Origin: Podarcis muralis
Taxonomy: Eukaryota
Assembly: GCF_964188315.1 (NCBI RefSeq)
Contig: NC_135659.1
Span: forward strand, 53,072,001 to 53,136,000
Direction of reading: 5' to 3'
DNA length: 64,000 bases
Shown here: positions 58,610-64,000 of the stretch, piece after piece
Position numbering within the stretch: the stretch's first letter is position 1
How the letters are laid out: each line of letters starts with the position of its first letter
The notes under the pieces: model-generated
What the model was told of the DNA's origin: nothing
Database searches by the model: none
Seen by the model: only the letters and a program-made list of their open reading frames with translations
Made by a program: the position numbers and the translations under genes

Positions 58610-59039
58610 CTCCCAGTAAATTCATCTCCAACAAACAGACCTGCTTCACGTGTTCTTAAAGGTTGCTGATAATACTAACCACTTGTTCCCTTGCTCAAGG
58701 TCTGGGCCCTACAAGGCCTCCTATTTTCTTGAGTTGGGTTCTGCATCTAGAAGATCATGGGAGAACGGAAAACTTCTTCATCACTAGCCATAACCCACTG
58801 CACCCCAGTCTCCTAACAAAATCAGTGTTGGAAGTGAGCGGCCTGAAAGGAGACTGAGCTAATCTTTAATTTCTAGAGGGCATGGAGGGTTATGCTCAGA
58901 CTGGGCAAGCAACTGCAGTGAAGCGGCTGAAGGCTCTAACCTAACAGCACCACAAATGAAGCAGCAAATCCTGCAGTGATTGTTTTGTGCTTCTGGCTAT
59001 TACCCAACCGAGACGATGTCAATATGTGGTGGCAGCACT

Positions 59040-59260
59040 GTGGGCTGACCTTTATGAATGGAAGTTGAAAAACCAAGCCAGTTCATTTTGACTGAAACGT
59101 CAAAAACAGCAGACTCAAACTCCTCTCCTCCTAGCTACCAAAGGCCTGAACAGATACACGGCTCCTTTATTATTTATGGAGGTGAATTTGGAGACAATTC
59201 AAAAGCCTCAGGGCCACTACTGAGAAGGCCCTGCTCCATTCCACAGCAGTCCTGTTGAGC
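59040..59260 (-). mobile_element. Old L2-type LINE remnant
   Basis: Reverse complement contains GGGCCTTCTCAGTAGTGGCCC, typical of L2 3' ORF/UTR remnants. A similar remnant is near 2460-2620 on the plus strand. Boundaries approximate. Confidence 0.4.
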
Positions 59261-61557
59261 ATTAGATACACGGGGGGGCGGGAGGGCTTTCCTGATCATC
59301 TTAATAGGTGAGGGAGCTCATATGTGGAAGAGCACTCTCTGAAATATTCTAGAGCCTTTCCCTTGTCATTCCGTCCTGTAGTTAAATAACAGATTTATGA
59401 TTGGGGATTGCCTGCCTATAGGGAGAGCAGCCACGGTTCTAACTTTTACAACTGTTCAACTGTGTGGTGGGGTTTCTACCTCTTATAAGAACATCTCAGA
59501 GTGCCCACAAGTTTTCAGATATTTACAGCTCCCATGGAATGGGTAAATTGGCTTAAAGTCAAATGCATCTACTCAATGCAATCTGATTAAGCAGATGTCA
59601 AGTCAATTCATTTTCTGTAGGTCACACGCAGAAGAAATCTGTTACAATGCACAATACAAAACAGAAGCAAAGCCTGAAAATTGCCACTGTTTCCCCACTG
59701 TTTTGTGATTTCCCAGAGCCTTGTAACCCCAACTCTAGGTATCTCCTCCCCACTTGTATTCCTTAGCAAATACCTGTTATCATTCTAGCTCCCCTGTTAC
59801 TAGTTTTCACTATGATCTGGGTATGCTCTCTGGGCTCATCCCTATGTTTTCGTATTTGTTCAGCATAAACAAAGCAGTTCCATTTTATATTGGTTGATAT
59901 AAAACATAATCTCAGATCAAAGGAGTTCAAAACCTTGCGCATTATGTACTGGGACGTATGTGGGTTTAGCTGAGGTAATCAATTTCAGGCACCGGCAAAG
60001 CAAATCAAGAGAAAATGCCAAGCCTCAAGATGGAGAGATACTGTACTCCTCATCAAGTGACATGAAGACATCTTCAGGTGAATGCATCAAGCAATCTGAA
60101 ATGCTACTCGACTGAATGGTACTTGGCGTTAATGGTGCACACACTCCAGGCAGTTAAGGCGTTACCCAACACAGCCCCAATTGGGAGCTTACAAATGAGA
60201 AAAGTCACGTTGAAGGTAGACACGTACACGTGAACTGGAGTTTTAAGAGTACTCTTTTTACACTTGTATCATTGCTAACCAGATTGCTCAAAAGTGTGCC
60301 CCAGAGTTTTTTGTGGGACTCACTGTCTTAACCCAGAAATTATCTTCAGGGCACCTTGGAGGTCTCCTGCCCCTTGGACCTTTTGTTGGCAACAATATTT
60401 TTTATTATTTTTATGGTAGCAATAATTTGAAGCACACCCCTCTCCTTCCTCCCCTAAAGAGTCCTGGGAACCATAGTTCAAGGGTGCTGCGAATTGTAGC
60501 GCTGTGAGGTTTAAACTACAGTTTCTAGAATTCTTTGGAGGAAGTCATTTGGGGTTGGGAATCTTGGAGGTAAAAAAACTACTGGGGGAGGGGGGGTAAT
60601 AAATGGCCCACAGGTTTCCACCCCTGCCTTAGATCATTTGAAAATGAAATGAAAGCAATTGTGCAATCCATTGCGGCAAGAGATTATTAATTTAAAACAT
60701 ATTAATGTTTCAAAGCAAGGACTCATTAGTGCTTTCCATTAGGGAGCAAGTTTAAAAATAATAATCCATGCCATCAATATCAAGCTAACACAAGTCAGTT
60801 CTGTTTTCTAAAGGCTGATGCAAAAGATCTGTCTTGTGGCCACGATGGACAGTGGGGGAGACTCACAATGTGACAGCTTCAATACTTATAAGCTGTACAT
60901 CTGAAAGATATGGTTGGCTTGGATCACTTCAGAGAGGCTGTTTTCAATGTTACATCCATGACAAATTTAAACTGCTCTTTCCTTTAGTGTGGGTTGAATA
61001 AAGCCCAATTCAGAATTACTATAGCTTGGGAAGACGGCTGTTTTTGAATGCTAAGGTGTCCCAATGGGCCTGCCCACCTGGTTCCAAATACTACTTCAAA
61101 ATGGCCTTGAAGTGGCATAGGATGAAGCCCACCAAGCAGGTAATTTTGCTTCAAGCCCAAGTGGAGGCACACAGGTAAGGCAATAGTGACATCTTGTGGC
61201 TGTGACCATTCAAGTCTGACCTTGGTTTGGTACATAGTTCACTGCGGAAGATTGCCCTTTGTGAACTGAATGGATGAAGTTAATTCTGTTGTCTCTCCAT
61301 ATGCAGGACAACCACAGTGTTGGGGCTGCCCATGCCTGTTCTCCGCTGCAAAATGCAGATTGACATTGCAGAGACAGCAGTGCATATGTGTTGTACAAAG
61401 GCAGTATTAATGGAAGTTTGTCTCCCTGGAGACATTGCTTCAACTACAGGACTCAAATCCTTTTCATGGGAAGCCTATGGACTCCATGCAAGACTCTTAC
61501 CTATTCATTTATTTATTTTCAGCTGTTTCCTGTGCATGTGTGTGTGCATAACTGGCA

Positions 61558-61558
<1 letters not shown>

Positions 61559-61602
<44 letters not shown>
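61559..61602. repeat. (CA)22 microsatellite
   Basis: Perfect dinucleotide run. Confidence 0.98.
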
Positions 61603-61603
<1 letters not shown>

Positions 61604-63573
61604 CTCACATTTCTTTGCAGCATAAGCTTATCAACAGAGCCTCCCTTTGCAGGAGTAGTCTACCCCTCCAACAACATGTTTCATTCCTATCAGTTTCCTT
61701 ACTGCTCTTCACATGTAGACACAGGCAGAGACAAAGGAGGAGCTGTGCTGTATCCTTTTATTCCAAATAGCATACAGCTCCCTGCCCTACCTCTCTTGGT
61801 GAGTCAGAAAAAAAGCCAGCTGCACATTCAGTTCCATAAATTATATGTACACACAGAGAGATGCACGCTCAGGGGAGGAAAGTTTGGGGTGCGGGTGGGG
61901 AAATCAGCAAGTACCTTTAAAAGAATACATTGCATGCCAGTTTATTTGTCTCAAAAGGTATCATTTTTGGCATCATTGTTAAGTTATTGGGTGCAAAAAT
62001 AATAACAACGCAGGGGTGTATGCATATATATATTTATCTAACTTGTGTAGGTGTTTGGTATGTGATGCCTATGTTGGGCATCAGCTGCTGTATTCCTAAA
62101 TAAGTAAGAAGTGGGGAGGGAATGCAGTTAGTTGCTTCCTAAAAATTGAGATGATAGGGCCATGGGATTTCCACCCAAGAAGGGAACGGAAAAAGGCAGC
62201 TACCCAGACAGAAGAGGGGCAATTGGAGGACATTCTGCACTCATGCTGCACAGTCTACTCTGCCATCTCACTCTGCTGCATGCACAACCTTGGGCTCCTC
62301 TTCATTCCAGGGATAGAGCGCTGGCTCCAGGGGCATTGCTAGTAGCTACTTAAAGGACTTGGGGCACAGGCCCAAGACACATTTTTTAAAAAATAACATT
62401 CACATGTTAATTTATATGTTTAGACACTACCGGGCAAATTAAGATGATTAGTACTTTGCTTTAGTATATATACACACACACATATATATGTATAACTGGG
62501 GTTCAGGCCCACTGTCCTACCCTCTTACAAAGAGGTGGGGGAACTGTTTGGCTTCGAGCAGGACAGGTTAACTTTGACAGGTGGATGGAATTTGAGACAA
62601 CTCATCTGTCAGTTGCATGGTGTCATTATGACATCACATGGTTGATGGGGGGGGTGTTGGGTTGATGGGGGGGATGCTGGCAAGGGGTGTTGCCAGCCCT
62701 ATGCTTGCTGCGTTGGGAAGAGCCTAACACCCCACCCCAAGTCAGGCTCAGTGCCAGTTGCTCTCTCCTACTGATCATTTGTTCAGCCTACTCACCAAAT
62801 GTTTGGCTTTGGGTGCTTGGTTGACTCAAGTACCACTATGGGGCTTTCTTTTCTTTTTTGCATTTTACTTTTCTAGGAGAAGAAACCGAGCACACCTGTA
62901 GTTAGGCTGAATCTGACAGGCTCTGCTATTTCCCCCAAAGCTGACTGAGTTTCTGGGCAGCCATGATAAATACAGCCCCCATCTGCCAGCTCCTGATAAA
63001 GAGCTCACAGAATGTCTTGCTAATGGGAAAGAGGATAAATGGGCCTGAACTGAGGCTCCATTTCAGACAAAATGCCTGATATTAATCTTGTCAACAAGGA
63101 TAAGAAGGGAGGCAGGTTAACTGAGTGCATTGCTGGCAGACAATCAAGCAGCAGTAGTGTTTTGCACCACTGTTTGCTGTTCTGAGCGCAGCCGGTGCTT
63201 AGATGTTAAACAAAATTCTCAGTTTTGGTAATATGATGATGACCCAGGCATTGGCCAACAACAGGGATGCAGAGGGCTCAGTAGATGACAATTTCATAAT
63301 TGGAATCACAGATCCCCGAGATTCAGCTTTTAAGTTTGCCAACTTCTTTGATGGGCTGCTGTCTCCCTAACACAGGGACGGGCCACCTATGGCCTAACTC
63401 CCACCAGCCCTCGGCATTACTGGTAACTATGATGGCTGGGGCTGAAGGAAGTTGGAGTCCAACCACATCCACAGGGCCACAGGTTCCCCATCCCTCCTTT
63501 GAGAGCAGTTTGATGTGCAGATAGCAGCAGGTACTATTGATTTCTTTCTCCCAATGAAAGCCTTCCCTGCTGA

Positions 63574-63836
63574 TCAAGTGGCTGTCGAAAGCACACGAGC
63601 AAGCAAAGCTGTTTTATCTGGCCAGCTGGCAACCCGATCAGCACCCTCAGTATTGGAGAGCGGCTCATTGAGGGCCTGAGTGGAATCATCAGTGAGGTCC
63701 CCCAAAGGAAAGTGGTGAAGTACATACAGCTCCATGGAGAAGTTGCTGTTGATTTCAGCACAGCAAGACAGATCCCATGTTGCACCGAGGTTGGTACAAA
63801 AGAAACCTGAGTTGCTGGGATTGTTACAGTAGCTCA
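63574..63836 (-). other. Possible terminal coding exon of an unidentified gene extending beyond the window
   Basis: A minus-strand acceptor TTTTTCCAG at 63837-63845 is followed by an 87-codon open frame (VSYCNNPSNSGFFCTNLGATWDL...LSTAT) ending in TGA. No homolog recognised; a plus-strand frame over the same bases is also open. Confidence 0.3.
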
Positions 63837-64000
63837 CTGGAAAAATATGCATGTGAAGTGACCAAGGCCCCTGGTAATGACTATGTTAAAATACAGTCTG
63901 CATCAGATTCAGCTGGATCGTGCACATCTAATATTAGGTTGAATTCAATGGCAGTTTTGTGGTAATAGAAAACACTTCTGCTTATGCAAGGCAGGAAAAA

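Noticed and set aside
59058-59258. 66-aa plus-strand ORF downstream of the ZPBP-like stop
   Set aside because: Overlaps an antisense L2-type remnant; no evidence of coding.
61388-62002. 204-aa ORF with an HTHTHT run
   Set aside because: It reads through a (CA)22 microsatellite; no domain, splice support or homology.

Overview
Eukaryotic genomic DNA from a squamate reptile, probably a lacertid lizard (inferred from Sauria/Squam1-type SINEs and Bov-B RTE LINEs). It is not prokaryotic: there is no CRISPR array, rRNA or tRNA gene. I assembled six spliced protein-coding genes by hand from GT-AG splice sites with matching reading-frame phases. They form three head-to-head pairs on CpG-island promoters: CFAP57(-)/EBNA1BP2(+), CFAP144(-)/PIF1(+), and SNAPC2(-)/an unnamed 10-exon gene(+). 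The unnamed gene is the main discovery. It encodes about 531 aa with ZPBP/Sp38 (zona pellucida-binding protein)-like Ig and Cys-rich regions. Unlike the ZPBP1/2 proteins I know, it adds a Cys-rich (GCC2/GCC3-like) module, a transmembrane helix, and a cytoplasmic tail with four 16-aa repeats carrying dileucine-type sorting motifs. PIF1 intron 10 holds a 1.5-kb Tc1/mariner (Tigger-like) non-autonomous element whose interior is a higher-order tandem array of ~109-bp GC-rich hairpins. The introns contain SINEs, Bov-B, CR1 and L2 fragments and hAT/Tigger MITEs, many with visible TSDs. Gene identities rest on recalled similarity to human proteins; no database search was run.
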